The position numbers and the translations under genes are program-made. The notes under the pieces are model-generated. The model worked only from the letters and a program-made list of their open reading frames with translations. It was not told the DNA's origin and searched no databases. From Candidatus Zambryskibacteria bacterium RIFCSPHIGHO2_01_FULL_46_25 (GTDB lineage Bacteria > Patescibacteriota > Minisyncoccia > Phycocordibacterales > Zambryskibacteraceae): a stretch of DNA of 64,000 nucleotides. This document shows positions 10,088 to 19,682 of the stretch, piece by piece. Location of the stretch: positions 3,528 to 67,527 of the forward strand of contig MHVH01000005.1 of NCBI GenBank assembly GCA_001825155.1, written 5' to 3'. How positions within the stretch are numbered: the stretch's first letter is position 1; each line of letters starts with the position of its first letter.

Positions 10088-11338
10088 ATGTTCGAGGAAC
10101 TTGCTACTCTTTTTAACCAAGAGGTTTTCTCCATTGCCCTGCGCTTTCTCTTCTCTTCGTGGCCGGTTTGGGTACCACTTATTCTCATAAATCTCGCCTG
10201 GCGCGTCTGGCTCGATTACGTAAGAAGGGCGTGGATCAGTAAGCAGGGCTACGTATTCCTCGAGATCAGGTTGCCGAAAGATGTGGCCAAGTCTCCGGCT
10301 GCCATGGAGCTCGTTCTCCAGGGTATCTGGGAGAATGCCAACATTTCCACTCCCGCGGACGCTTTCTGGGAGGGGAAACTCCGCGAGTGGTTCTCGCTCG
10401 AAATCGTTTCGATCGGAGGGCAAGTCAGGCTCTTCATTTGGGCCTTCCCGCGGTGGAGGAAGATTATCGAGTCGAGGATTTACGCGCAGTATCCGGAGGC
10501 CGAAGTCTTCGAAGCCAAAGATTATGCTCTCGATCTCAAGTACGATCCGGACAAGACTATGAATGCCTGGGGCGTCAACACCGCTCTCGTCAAGCCCGAT
10601 GCTTATCCGATCAAGACGTACATAGAGTACGAACTCGACAAGAAGACGGGCGACGAACAGGAAGAGATCGTCGATCCCATCACTCCGGTAATCGAATATC
10701 TCGGTGCTCTGAAGCCGGGCGAGGTGGCCGGCATCCAGATTCTAATTCGTGCCCACGCCAAGGAAGGCTATCTCTATGGTCGCCTCATCACCAAGGAGAA
10801 TTGGCAGGGCGATATCAAGAAGGAGATCGAAAAAATGGTCAAGGAGGAGCAGCTGGCCAAACCTGTGGAAGACAGCAAGGGCGTAACCTTCCTCAATCTG
10901 ACAAAAACTCAGACCGAAACTATCGCGGCGATACAAAGGAACGCGGGTAAGCTCGCGTTCGATACCATGATTCGTCTCATGTATGCCGCTCCCAAAGATG
11001 AATTCGAGAAAACGCGAGGCATGGGCATTATCGGCTCCATGCGCCAGTTCGGTTCGGCAAATATGAATGGCATTAAACCGATTTTCTTTACCTTCACTCA
11101 CGCCTGGCAGGACTACAAGGGTATGCGCAAGAGAGTGCGAATGACAAACTTCCTCGATGCATATAAGAGAAGAGCCTTTTTCGGCATCCCTCATTATCAC
11201 TTGTTCGGAAGGCCTTACATCCTCACGACCGAGGAGCTTGCCACTATCTTCCATTTGCCCGGAGCGGTAGCCACCACGCCGTCTCTGGTTCGCGCGCCCT
11301 CGAAGAAAGCCGAAGCGCCCGCCAATCTTCCCATCTAA
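10088..11338 (+). CDS. Conserved membrane-anchored hypothetical protein (CPR type)
   Basis: 416-aa ORF with an N-terminal TM segment, LEIRLP, FSLEIVS, IYAQYP and EELATIFHLP. Confidence 0.65.
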   Translation: MFEELATLFNQEVFSIALRFLFSSWPVWVPLILINLAWRVWLDYVRRAWISKQGYVFLEIRLPKDVAKSPAAMELVLQGIWENANISTPADAFWEGKLREWFSLEIVSIGGQVRLFIWAFPRWRKIIESRIYAQYPEAEVFEAKDYALDLKYDPDKTMNAWGVNTALVKPDAYPIKTYIEYELDKKTGDEQEEIVDPITPVIEYLGALKPGEVAGIQILIRAHAKEGYLYGRLITKENWQGDIKKEIEKMVKEEQLAKPVEDSKGVTFLNLTKTQTETIAAIQRNAGKLAFDTMIRLMYAAPKDEFEKTRGMGIIGSMRQFGSANMNGIKPIFFTFTHAWQDYKGMRKRVRMTNFLDAYKRRAFFGIPHYHLFGRPYILTTEELATIFHLPGAVATTPSLVRAPSKKAEAPANLPI

Positions 11339-12219
11339 TGAAGGATCAATCGCAGGCAGTGAAGGTTTATTTATTTCTTGTGGGGATTATCGTGCTTGTG
11401 GCTGCTGTGAGATATCTTACGCCACCCAGCGATTTTCCAACCGGTTCCATGGTTACAGTAGTGGAAGGTTCAGGACTCTATGTGCTTGCGGAGAACTTAC
11501 AAGAACAAAATGTCATACGCTCTCCCTTTTGGTTTCGCGCTGCCGCTATACTTCTCGGCGGAGAAAGAGATATGAAAGCCGGCCAGTATTATATGGAGCG
11601 ACCCCAAAATCCCTTTTTCGTCGCCTGGCGTATCCATCAGGGTCGGTACGACGTCGAGACGGTCAGGCTTACTGTGCCGGAAGGATTTACAATAAAAAAG
11701 ATTTCCGCGCTTTTTGATGAACGCTTCCCATTTTTTGATAATGCGTATTTCGAGAACTCGGCTCCAGAAGGGTATCTCTTTCCGGACACGTACTTCGTGC
11801 CAGTTACCGCGTCGGCTTCTTCGACGGTAAAGATAATGCGAGACAATTTCATCAGAAAAATTTTCCCCGTAATGCCAGAAGTGGAGGATTCTGGGAAAGA
11901 GCTTGAAGATATCATCATCGTGGCCTCGCTCATAGAAGGGGAGGCGAATAATCAAAAAGATAGGGAAATAGTTTCCGGTATTTTGTGGAAGAGGCTCAAA
12001 ATAGGCATGCCGCTCCAAGTGGACGTGGAAAAGAAGACGTACGAATTCCAGGGCTTGCCAAAAAGCCCGATCAATAATCCCGGTCTCGACAGCATAAGGG
12101 CGGCACTTCATCCCACTTCGACGCCCTATCTCTATTATTTGACCGGTGATGACGGCAACATGTACTATTCCAAGACCTTTGACGAACATGTTGCCAAGAA
12201 GCAAAAATATATCAAGTAA
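11338..12219 (+). CDS. mltG: Endolytic transglycosylase MltG
   Basis: TVPEG, EGYLFPDTY, IVASLIEGEA, MPLQVD and GLPKSPINNPG. Confidence 0.9.
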   Translation: MKDQSQAVKVYLFLVGIIVLVAAVRYLTPPSDFPTGSMVTVVEGSGLYVLAENLQEQNVIRSPFWFRAAAILLGGERDMKAGQYYMERPQNPFFVAWRIHQGRYDVETVRLTVPEGFTIKKISALFDERFPFFDNAYFENSAPEGYLFPDTYFVPVTASASSTVKIMRDNFIRKIFPVMPEVEDSGKELEDIIIVASLIEGEANNQKDREIVSGILWKRLKIGMPLQVDVEKKTYEFQGLPKSPINNPGLDSIRAALHPTSTPYLYYLTGDDGNMYYSKTFDEHVAKKQKYIK

Positions 12220-13327
12220 AAAGGTTTACGTCGGACTCTCCGGCGGGGTTGACTCTGCTGTCTCAGCAGCTTTGCTTAAGGAGCAAGGTTTCGATGTGAC
12301 CGGCGTTTTTATTAAGGCGTGGCAGCCAGAATGGATGGCTTGCATTTGGCGTGAGGAGCGCCGGGACGCCATGAGAGTTGCTCTCGCGCTTGATATTCCA
12401 TTTCTTTTTTTAGATTGCGAGCGTGAGTACAAGCAGGCGGTAGTGGATAAGATGATTGCCGAGTACAAAGCGGGCCGCACACCGAATCCGGACGTGCTCT
12501 GCAATCGGGAAATCAAGTTCAGCGTCTTTTGGGAAAAAGCTCGCGAACTCGGCGCGGACTATATTGCAACCGGGCATTATGCGAGAAATCCCTCCCTGCC
12601 CCTCCCTTTGTCAAGGGAGGGGAATAAAACTGATACCCCCTTGATAAAGAGGGCTGGGGGATTGTGTGAAGGAGTCGACAAAGAAAAAGATCAAAGTTAT
12701 TTTCTCTGGATTCTGACCGAAAAGGACTTGTCCCACGTCATTTTTCCGGTGGGAGATTTGGAGAAGAGGGAAGTGCGAGAACTCGCGCAGAAATTCAAAT
12801 TACCCGTGGCGGAGAAGAAGGATAGCCAGGGTATATGCTTCATGGGTGATGTTTCCATGGAGGAATTTCTCTCCCACTATGTTTCCGCGAAGCCCGGCAA
12901 AGTTATGAACGCCGATGGAGAAGTGATAGGCAGGCACGAAGGTCTTGTCTACTACACTATCGGCGAACGGCGCGGCTTCGAAGTGACAAAAAAGAGCGCC
13001 GCGAGCGGGCCGTTCTATATTGTGGCGAAGGACCCGGACACGAATACTCTTGTCGTATCTGACAAAGAAGAAGAGATTCTGGAATTTTCTCCGACCAAAA
13101 TACTTTTGAAAAATGTTAATTGGATTAATGAGCCAGAGAATTCGGAAATTTCCGGCAGAGTCCGCTATAGGGGAGAGAAATTGCCTCTAAGGCTGTCGGT
13201 TGTGGGTCGTCGGTTGTCTGTTGAATTCAAGAATCCCGTTCCCGGCCTCTCTCTCGGTCAGTCGCTGGTCTTCTACGACGGCGAGAATTGCCTCGGCGGC
13301 GGCATCATGGACAAAGTTTTGGAATAA
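12188..13327 (+). CDS. mnmA: tRNA-specific 2-thiouridylase
   Basis: GLSGGVDS, TPNPDVLCN, ATGHYAR, KDQSYFL and DSQGICF. The exact start is uncertain. Confidence 0.95.
   Translation: MLPRSKNISSKKVYVGLSGGVDSAVSAALLKEQGFDVTGVFIKAWQPEWMACIWREERRDAMRVALALDIPFLFLDCEREYKQAVVDKMIAEYKAGRTPNPDVLCNREIKFSVFWEKARELGADYIATGHYARNPSLPLPLSREGNKTDTPLIKRAGGLCEGVDKEKDQSYFLWILTEKDLSHVIFPVGDLEKREVRELAQKFKLPVAEKKDSQGICFMGDVSMEEFLSHYVSAKPGKVMNADGEVIGRHEGLVYYTIGERRGFEVTKKSAASGPFYIVAKDPDTNTLVVSDKEEEILEFSPTKILLKNVNWINEPENSEISGRVRYRGEKLPLRLSVVGRRLSVEFKNPVPGLSLGQSLVFYDGENCLGGGIMDKVLE
12587..12663. repeat. 77-bp MITE-like element translated in frame within mnmA
   Basis: Reads AATCCCTCCCTGCCCCTCCCTTTGTCAAGGGAGGGG...CCCCCTTGATAAAGAGGGCTGGGGGATT. 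Both ends match the inverted repeats flanking the DUF559 gene at 42242-42673. Confidence 0.8.
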
Positions 13328-13364
13328 TAATTATAGACAGCCCAAAATACATACTGAAGTGCAC

Positions 13365-13412
13365 AAAATCCCATATACGTTATAATTATGCGGTCGCACA
13401 ATAGTAGCGTAT
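13365..13412. repeat. Left direct repeat containing a 36-bp dyad site (13376-13411)
   Basis: About 42/48 identical to 13992-14038. The core is TACGTTA-N7-GCGGTCGC-N7-TAGCGTA, which overlaps a TATAAT and the ATG of the next gene. Confidence 0.85.
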
Positions 13413-13977
13413 GGGTAAATTAGAAGAAAAAAGCGGAAAAAGATCCAAAAGAAAGCATTTGCAATACGCCATATTTCAAACTGTTGCCGCTGTCGGGGTT
13501 TTAAGCGCGGCTGTCATGGCCCCGAACGTACTAATTGCCATGGATAAGCTCGGCTCGATTCCAAACAGAAGACAGAAAGAATATATTAGTTCATCTGCCA
13601 GTAAATTAGTCAAGCGAGGACTGCTTCACTTCGATGGCAAAAGATATCAAATGACCTCAATAGGGGAGAGTCTATTCCGGCGTTGGCAATTTGCAGATTT
13701 CCAGATCCAAAAACCTAAGAGATGGGATAAAAAGTGGCGGGTTATGATTTTTGATATCCCGGAGAAGAAAAGAAAGATCAGAAATGATCTAACCACGTTA
13801 TTTCGCGCGGCCGGCATATACCGTCTCCAAAACAGCGTTTGGGTATATCCGTATGAATGCGAGGATATCATTACTTTGCTCAAAACCGATTTCGGCATCG
13901 GCAAGTATCTTCTATATATGATTGTCGATGAGCTTGAAAATGATAAATATTTGCGTCAGCACTTCGGTCTTATCTAG
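13411..13977 (+). CDS. HTH + Cas2-like (PaaX central domain) protein, stand-alone
   Basis: A winged-helix-like segment (SASKLVKRGLL..YQMTSIG) is followed by WDKKWRVMIFDIPE..R..LQNSVW, the PaaX-central/Cas2-like signature. No cas1 or array is nearby. Confidence 0.75.
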   Translation: MGKLEEKSGKRSKRKHLQYAIFQTVAAVGVLSAAVMAPNVLIAMDKLGSIPNRRQKEYISSSASKLVKRGLLHFDGKRYQMTSIGESLFRRWQFADFQIQKPKRWDKKWRVMIFDIPEKKRKIRNDLTTLFRAAGIYRLQNSVWVYPYECEDIITLLKTDFGIGKYLLYMIVDELENDKYLRQHFGLI

Positions 13978-13991
13978 CTCAATTTAATTAA

Positions 13992-14038
13992 AAAATCCCT
14001 ATACGTTAAAGTCATGCGGTCGCACAAAAGTAACGTAT
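13992..14038. repeat. Right direct repeat containing a 36-bp dyad site (14002-14037)
   Basis: The core is TACGTTA-AAGTCAT-GCGGTCGC-ACAAAAG-TAACGTA. Confidence 0.85.
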
Positions 14039-14095
14039 CTACACAATTGGTGATGATTTAAAAACGATATCTTTTCTATCTGCTATAATATTTCC

Positions 14096-14938
14096 ATGCC
14101 GGAAACAGCGGACACGATAACTATAATCAAGGCTTCGGGGCAAAGAGAGGCTTTCGACCCGGAGAAACTGCGCTTCTCGCTTTTAAACTCCGGCGCGTCG
14201 CAGGAGGAGGCAGAAGAAGTGTTGAAGCATCTAGAGCCGGAGCTCAAGAACGGTATGTCTACGCATGATATTTACCATCATGCGTTCTCCATTCTCACCA
14301 AGATGAGCCGCCCGGTCGCCCGAAGTTATTCGTTGCGCCGCGCCGTCATGGATCTTGGCCCGTCTGGCTTTCCTTTCGAGGATTTCGTTGCCGAGATTTT
14401 GCGGGCTCAAGGTTTCCAGTGCATTACCCGCCAGACAGTTATAGGTGGCTGTGTGCCTCATGAGGTGGATGTCGTGGCTTACAACAACAAGAAACTTATT
14501 ATGGTTGAGGCCAAGTTCCACAACGAACTCGGCACGAAGTCCGATCTCAAGGTGGTGCTCTACGTCAAGGCGCGCTTCGATGACATCAAAGACAATGTAT
14601 ATGACTACGGCGGCAATGATAGAAAAGTTACAGACAGCTGGCTTGTGACCAATACCAAATTTTCCTCGACGGCGATCCACTATGCCGAGTGCAAGAATAT
14701 GACGCTTATCGGCTGGAATTATCCGGAGAAGAATAATCTCCAAGATATGATTGAGAACGAAGGTCTGCATCCCGTCACTTGTCTTACCACGCTTTCGAAC
14801 GATGAGAAAAAACAGCTTCTAGCTGGAGGCGTCGTGCTTTGCTCGAGTATCAAGGAGAGGCCACAGGTGCTTAAGGATCTTCTTGGCTCCGCCTTCGATG
14901 CTGATTCAGTACTTAATGAAATTAACGAACTAAAATAA
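14096..14938 (+). CDS. ATP-cone domain + Mrr-like PD-(D/E)xK restriction endonuclease domain protein
   Basis: IIKASGQREAFDPEKL (ATP cone), followed by GFPFEDFVAEI, EVDVVA, VEAKFH and LVTNTKFS. Confidence 0.8.
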   Translation: MPETADTITIIKASGQREAFDPEKLRFSLLNSGASQEEAEEVLKHLEPELKNGMSTHDIYHHAFSILTKMSRPVARSYSLRRAVMDLGPSGFPFEDFVAEILRAQGFQCITRQTVIGGCVPHEVDVVAYNNKKLIMVEAKFHNELGTKSDLKVVLYVKARFDDIKDNVYDYGGNDRKVTDSWLVTNTKFSSTAIHYAECKNMTLIGWNYPEKNNLQDMIENEGLHPVTCLTTLSNDEKKQLLAGGVVLCSSIKERPQVLKDLLGSAFDADSVLNEINELK

Positions 14939-14957
14939 TTCGACTAACTCACTATAA

Positions 14958-15407
14958 ATGATAAATCTTTTAAATATTTCCCCCGCTTACGAACCATTGG
15001 CCTACCTTGTGCTCGCGCTTGTGCTAGGTTCGCTTCTGGGCATGGAACGCACACTTGCTCACAAGACCGCCGGCGTTCGCACTTATGGGCTGGTTTCCAT
15101 GGGTTCGGCGCTCTTCATCCTAATTGCCAAGTACGTCATACCGACAGTAGAGGCTTATAACTACGACCCTATGCGCATAGCGGCCGGAGTTGTCATGGGC
15201 ATCGGTTTTCTCTGCGGCGGGGTAATCATCTTTAAGGACTCCCAGCTCTCCGGACTTACCACGGCGGCTGGACTCTGGGTGGCCGCGGGTATTGGCATGG
15301 CAGTCGGATATGGGCTAGTCATGCTCGCTGTCTTCGCTACCGCGGCAACGCTTGTCGTCTTTACGTTGTTCTGGTTTATCGAGCATAAAATAATCTCGAG
15401 AACTTAA
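14958..15407 (+). CDS. MgtC/SapB family membrane protein
   Basis: GMERT..AGVRTY, DPMRIAAGVVMGIGFL and GLTTAAGLW. Confidence 0.9.
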   Translation: MINLLNISPAYEPLAYLVLALVLGSLLGMERTLAHKTAGVRTYGLVSMGSALFILIAKYVIPTVEAYNYDPMRIAAGVVMGIGFLCGGVIIFKDSQLSGLTTAAGLWVAAGIGMAVGYGLVMLAVFATAATLVVFTLFWFIEHKIISRT

Positions 15408-15988
15408 TGGAAGAGAGGGAAGCCGAGCTCAAGAAGATTAAGGAAGATGTGTTAAATTTGACCGCCTCTCCGCTCTATGCGTATCGTGTAGAAAATAATT
15501 ACTTTCCGGTAATTGGAGAAGGCAATCACACGGCGAAAATTATGTTCATAGGCGAAGCGCCGGGGCAGAATGAGGCCAAGACTGGCAGACCTTTCTGCGG
15601 CAGGGCTGGAAAAGTGCTGGATACGCTTCTACAGAGTATCGGCATAGACAGGAAAGATGTTTACGTCACCAATATAGTTAAGGATCGACCGCCGGAGAAC
15701 CGCGACCCCTTGCCGGATGAAATCGAACTCTACGCGCCGTTTCTCGACCGGCAGATTGCCGCCATCAAGCCGGCGGTTATCGCCACTCTCGGTCGTTTCT
15801 CCATGCAATATGTCATGAGTCGATACGGGCTTGAGTTCGAGTTTGATAGTATTTCAAAAATTCACGGGCAAGTTTTTACTGCGGACAAATTCAAGGTCAT
15901 TCCTCTCTACCACCCCGCCGCTGCCATTTATAATCAGCACCTACTCGATACCCTGAAGGAAGATTTCAAAAAACTTGCAGATTTGTAG
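15407..15988 (+). CDS. Uracil-DNA glycosylase, family 4 type
   Basis: FIGEAPG..E..GRPF, TNIVKDRPPENRDP and YHPAA. Confidence 0.9.
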   Translation: MEEREAELKKIKEDVLNLTASPLYAYRVENNYFPVIGEGNHTAKIMFIGEAPGQNEAKTGRPFCGRAGKVLDTLLQSIGIDRKDVYVTNIVKDRPPENRDPLPDEIELYAPFLDRQIAAIKPAVIATLGRFSMQYVMSRYGLEFEFDSISKIHGQVFTADKFKVIPLYHPAAAIYNQHLLDTLKEDFKKLADL

Positions 15989-16037
15989 GGGATGTGGGAT
16001 AATAGGGAATAGATTGCTCACACTGATTGGAGTTGAT

Positions 16038-16274
16038 ATGAGTTGCTCTCATCCGATGGCGTCGCTCCACGTGATTTTGTTCGGCTTCGAGAACAGGTAC
16101 TGTTCTCGTTGCAAAAACATCATCAACGCACACGGCGAAGTGGTTCCGGCGCCGCCGGCGCCGGTTCCGAGCTTCGTCGAGAGTTGCGAGACGATCGTCG
16201 ACATGGCGGAGTTGCCGATCAAGCTCTTCCGCCTCGGTCGGTCTCTCCTGAGAGGTCGGCGTTTCGCGAGATAA
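16038..16274 (+). CDS. Small orphan protein with a CxxC motif
   Basis: GGAG ribosome-binding site, MSCSH...YCSRCK, and a strong hairpin directly after the stop. Confidence 0.5.
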   Translation: MSCSHPMASLHVILFGFENRYCSRCKNIINAHGEVVPAPPAPVPSFVESCETIVDMAELPIKLFRLGRSLLRGRRFAR

Positions 16275-16286
16275 TGATCTCGTTCG

Positions 16287-16316
16287 AAAGGCCGGGCGTG
16301 TTCGCCCGGCCTTTTC
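16287..16316 (+). terminator. Intrinsic terminator
   Basis: AAAGGCCGGGCG-TGTT-CGCCCGGCCTTTT. Confidence 0.75.
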
Positions 16317-16337
16317 TATTGTGTTATATTCATTGTA

Positions 16338-17933
16338 ATGGATTCAGCCCAAATCAGGCAGAAATTCTTGAAATTTTTTGAGGAAAGAGGGCATGCCGTG
16401 GTGCCCTCCTCCTCACTCGTGCCGGAGGGGGACTCGTCTGTTCTCTTCACCACCGCGGGCATGCAGCAGTTCAAGCCTTACTATCTCGGTTCGAAAGATC
16501 CTATAAAAGATTTCGGCTCCAAGAATACTGTTTCAATACAGAAGAGCATGCGTACTTCCGACATAGACGAAGTGGGGGATGAGAGCCATCTCACGTTTTT
16601 CGAAATGCTTGGCAACTTCTCCTTCGGCGGCTACTGGAAGAAGGAGGCTATAGAATACGCGCACGAATTCATAACGAAGGAAATGGGTTTGAAAATAGAT
16701 TACGTAACCGTTTTTGAAGGGGAGGAAGGTGTGCCGGAAGATACGGAGTCCGCGGAAATTTGGAAATCAATTGATTCGGAAATTGTTATCAAGAAAGCCG
16801 GCCGAAAAGATAACTTCTGGGGTCCGACAGGGGAAGAAGGTCCGTGTGGACCGACGACAGAAATATATGTAAATGGTCTCGAAATTTGGAATATTGTCTT
16901 CAACGAGTATTACCAAGATAAAGCTAAGAAGCTAACGAAGCTAGAGAAGCTAGGAATAGACACCGGCATGGGTCTCGAGCGCCTTGCCATGGTTTCGCAA
17001 AATGTTTCAACTCTTTTTGAAACGGATCTTTTTGCGAATATAATTTCGCGGTTGCCCGACGAAGTGCCCATAAGAATCAAGAGGATTGTCGCGGATCACA
17101 CTCGCGCTATCGAAGCCATGCTGGGAGAAAATCTCCAACCGTCGAATAAGGACCAGGGTTATGTATTGCGCAGACTGATAAGGCGAGTGCTTATGTATGA
17201 AAATAAATATGTATTTAAATACGTAATTAATTCCGAAGTTTTCGATTCCGAAAGGAAGAAATTCAATGAGACCTTGGGATCTGGCTTAAAGCAGTTCGAA
17301 AGAGGTGTTGACCCGTTCATTCTTTTTACCACCTATGGCTTTCCAATCGAGTTGACCGAAGAGATTGCAAAAGAGAAGGGAGTCGCGGTTGATAGGAAAA
17401 AATTCGATGAGGATTTCAAACAACACCAGGAGATTTCCAAAGCGGGTATGGAGCAGAAATTCAAAGGCGGTTTGGGAGGGCACTCGGACATGGAGGTGAA
17501 GCTTCATACCGCCACGCACCTTTTGCATCAGGCGCTCCATGACGTCTTGGGTGACGAGGTGGGGCAGAAGGGCTCTAACATTACGCCCGAAAGATTGCGT
17601 TTTGACTTCTCTTTCCCCAGAAAGATGACTGAAGAAGAGAAAAAGAGGGTAGAAGAGATAGTAAATAAAAAAATCGCTGCCGCCCTTCCAGTGCAACACT
17701 CGGTGTTGCAGAAAGAGGAGGCGTTAAAGACCGGTGCGCGCCACTTCTTCGACCAGAAATATCCGGACGAAGTATCTATCTACTACATTGGCGAGTCGCT
17801 CGAAAGCGCGTACTCCAAGGAATTCTGTGGCGGGCCACATGTCGCGAATATAGGCGAGTTAGGGCATTTCAGAATTACGAACGAAGAATCGTCATCAGCC
17901 GGTGTTCGCCGGATAAAAGCGGTATTGGAATAG
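16338..17933 (+). CDS. alaS: Alanine--tRNA ligase, compact form lacking the C-Ala domain
   Basis: LFTTAGMQQFK, HLTFFEMLGNFS, IDTGMGLER, HTATHLL and EFCGGPHV. The protein ends at AGVRRIKAV. Confidence 0.95.
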   Translation: MDSAQIRQKFLKFFEERGHAVVPSSSLVPEGDSSVLFTTAGMQQFKPYYLGSKDPIKDFGSKNTVSIQKSMRTSDIDEVGDESHLTFFEMLGNFSFGGYWKKEAIEYAHEFITKEMGLKIDYVTVFEGEEGVPEDTESAEIWKSIDSEIVIKKAGRKDNFWGPTGEEGPCGPTTEIYVNGLEIWNIVFNEYYQDKAKKLTKLEKLGIDTGMGLERLAMVSQNVSTLFETDLFANIISRLPDEVPIRIKRIVADHTRAIEAMLGENLQPSNKDQGYVLRRLIRRVLMYENKYVFKYVINSEVFDSERKKFNETLGSGLKQFERGVDPFILFTTYGFPIELTEEIAKEKGVAVDRKKFDEDFKQHQEISKAGMEQKFKGGLGGHSDMEVKLHTATHLLHQALHDVLGDEVGQKGSNITPERLRFDFSFPRKMTEEEKKRVEEIVNKKIAAALPVQHSVLQKEEALKTGARHFFDQKYPDEVSIYYIGESLESAYSKEFCGGPHVANIGELGHFRITNEESSSAGVRRIKAVLE

Positions 17934-17980
17934 TTCGACTTCGCTCACTATAAATAATAAAATAAGGTATAATTACCAAT

Positions 17981-19285
17981 ATGCCGAAAAAAATTGAGGA
18001 TATAATCGTTTCCGACAGGAGAAGGAGCATTCGGGATATTCCTATTCCAGAAAGCAGGCGCAAGCTTCCTGCCAAAGCGCCGCGCATGGATGCGATAGAA
18101 GACACTTCATCTCTTCCTCCCGTACGCACGCCCATTCCTCGCCATAAGAAAGGTTTCCGCAGGAAAATATGGACTGCCGGTGCCGTTGCAGTTGTTATCC
18201 TGTTGTTCGCCATTCTCTCGCTTATGAATGGCGCGACATTGAGTTATGTGCCGAAATCGGCCGCTCTCGCGTTTGATAACGATGCCTACACCGCTCACAA
18301 GTCCGGCGCGAATGGCCTCTTCTATAGTGTGGTCAAGCTCTCTCGCGATAAAAGTATGAATGCTCCCGCTGGAGCTGAGCAGAATGTGAGCCGGAAGGCT
18401 TCCGGAGTAATAGTAGTCTACAACGATAGCGCCGAGTCCCAGCGCCTGGTTGAGAACACGCGTTTCGAATCTCCGTCCGGCAAGATTTATAGGATAAGCA
18501 AAGCAATAACCACGCCGGCAAGGAGAGCCGTAAGCGGCGTTACCCAACCCGGTTCCGTGGAGGCGACTGTCTATGCCGATGTGGCGGGTGAAGCGTATAA
18601 TTCCGCGCCGACGGATTTTACCGTTCCAGGACTTAAAGGTACTTCGCGCTATAGCACTATTTATGCTCGCTCGAAAACTCCTCTTGCCGGAGGCTTTGTC
18701 GGCATGGAAAAGGTAGTCAAGGCGGAGGACCTTAGCCGGACCAAGACGGAACTGGAAACCGCCTTAAGAGAAGAACTCTACCGCGAGGCGGAAGCGGAGG
18801 TGCCGGAGGACTTCATCCTTTTCCGAACTCTTTCAACATTTGATTTCGAAGATTTGCCCCAGGCTCCAGGTAGTGGCGGTAGCGCGGTTGTGAGTATGAG
18901 AGGCCACCTCTATGGCGTCATGTTCAAGAAGAGCGATTTCGCCGGTTTCCTCGCAGAGAAAAAACTCGGCACGGCTCCTGCTGAAATTATAGAAATTCCT
19001 GATTATTCCGCCCTTGAAATCGCCTTTGCCTCAGTACCTCCGGCGGATCTCCTGGCTTCAAACGATGTGAGTTTCAAAATTAAGGGTAATGCTCAGGCGG
19101 TTTGGGTAACAGACGAAGTTTCTCTCCGCGCCGATTTGGCTGGTCACCACAAGAGGGATGTGCCCGGCGTTCTCAACAATTATCCGACCATCGCTTCCGC
19201 GAGTGTTACCGTGAGACCGTTCTGGAAGTCCTCTGTTCCCGCCGAAGCGGAGAAAATCAAGATAACTAAACTCTCTTCCGAGTAG
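17981..19285 (+). CDS. Hypothetical single-TM protein with a large extracytoplasmic beta-rich region
   Basis: 434-aa ORF with one TM segment and KASGVIVVYN, LVENTRF, GEAYN and FTVPG. Confidence 0.65.
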   Translation: MPKKIEDIIVSDRRRSIRDIPIPESRRKLPAKAPRMDAIEDTSSLPPVRTPIPRHKKGFRRKIWTAGAVAVVILLFAILSLMNGATLSYVPKSAALAFDNDAYTAHKSGANGLFYSVVKLSRDKSMNAPAGAEQNVSRKASGVIVVYNDSAESQRLVENTRFESPSGKIYRISKAITTPARRAVSGVTQPGSVEATVYADVAGEAYNSAPTDFTVPGLKGTSRYSTIYARSKTPLAGGFVGMEKVVKAEDLSRTKTELETALREELYREAEAEVPEDFILFRTLSTFDFEDLPQAPGSGGSAVVSMRGHLYGVMFKKSDFAGFLAEKKLGTAPAEIIEIPDYSALEIAFASVPPADLLASNDVSFKIKGNAQAVWVTDEVSLRADLAGHHKRDVPGVLNNYPTIASASVTVRPFWKSSVPAEAEKIKITKLSSE

Positions 19286-19286
19286 T

Positions 19287-19517
19287 ATGGCAAAAAGCGT
19301 CAATCCTATAGAGAAAACAGGTGTTGTTACGGAATCGCTTCCAAATATCATGTTCAAGGTTAAGCTCGATGATCCGCCAGTTGGCGGAGGTGAAGAAATA
19401 TTGACCTACCTTTCCGGCAAGATGAGACTCCACCGCATTAGGGTACTTGTGGGGGACAAAGTTATTATGGAGATGGAGCCCTATGGCGGCAAAGCCCGCA
19501 TAACCAAGCGTTTATAA
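19287..19517 (+). CDS. infA: Translation initiation factor IF-1
   Basis: GVVTESLPN..F.VKL and LSGKMR..IRVLVGDKV. Confidence 0.95.
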   Translation: MAKSVNPIEKTGVVTESLPNIMFKVKLDDPPVGGGEEILTYLSGKMRLHRIRVLVGDKVIMEMEPYGGKARITKRL

Positions 19518-19565
19518 GAAAAGTCTTGCCAAGAAATCAGGCTTAGGTTACAATGCATTCTTGTC

Positions 19566-19682
19566 ATGAAAGTAAAGGCGGCGGTAAGAAAAATGTGCGC
19601 CAAATGCCAGATAGTCCGCAGGAAGGGCTATGTTTATGTTGTCTGCAAGGCCAATCCCCGTCATAAGCAAAGACAAGGTTAA
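19566..19682 (+). CDS. rpmJ: 50S ribosomal protein L36 (not in the ORF track)
   Basis: Translates as [38 protein letters not shown]. Confidence 0.95.
   Translation: MKVKAAVRKMCAKCQIVRRKGYVYVVCKANPRHKQRQG

Noticed and set aside
13365-14038. CRISPR-Cas locus (36-bp repeats plus a Cas2-like gene)
   Set aside because: There are only two repeats, separated by a whole gene. There are no spacer-sized units and no cas1 or effector genes.
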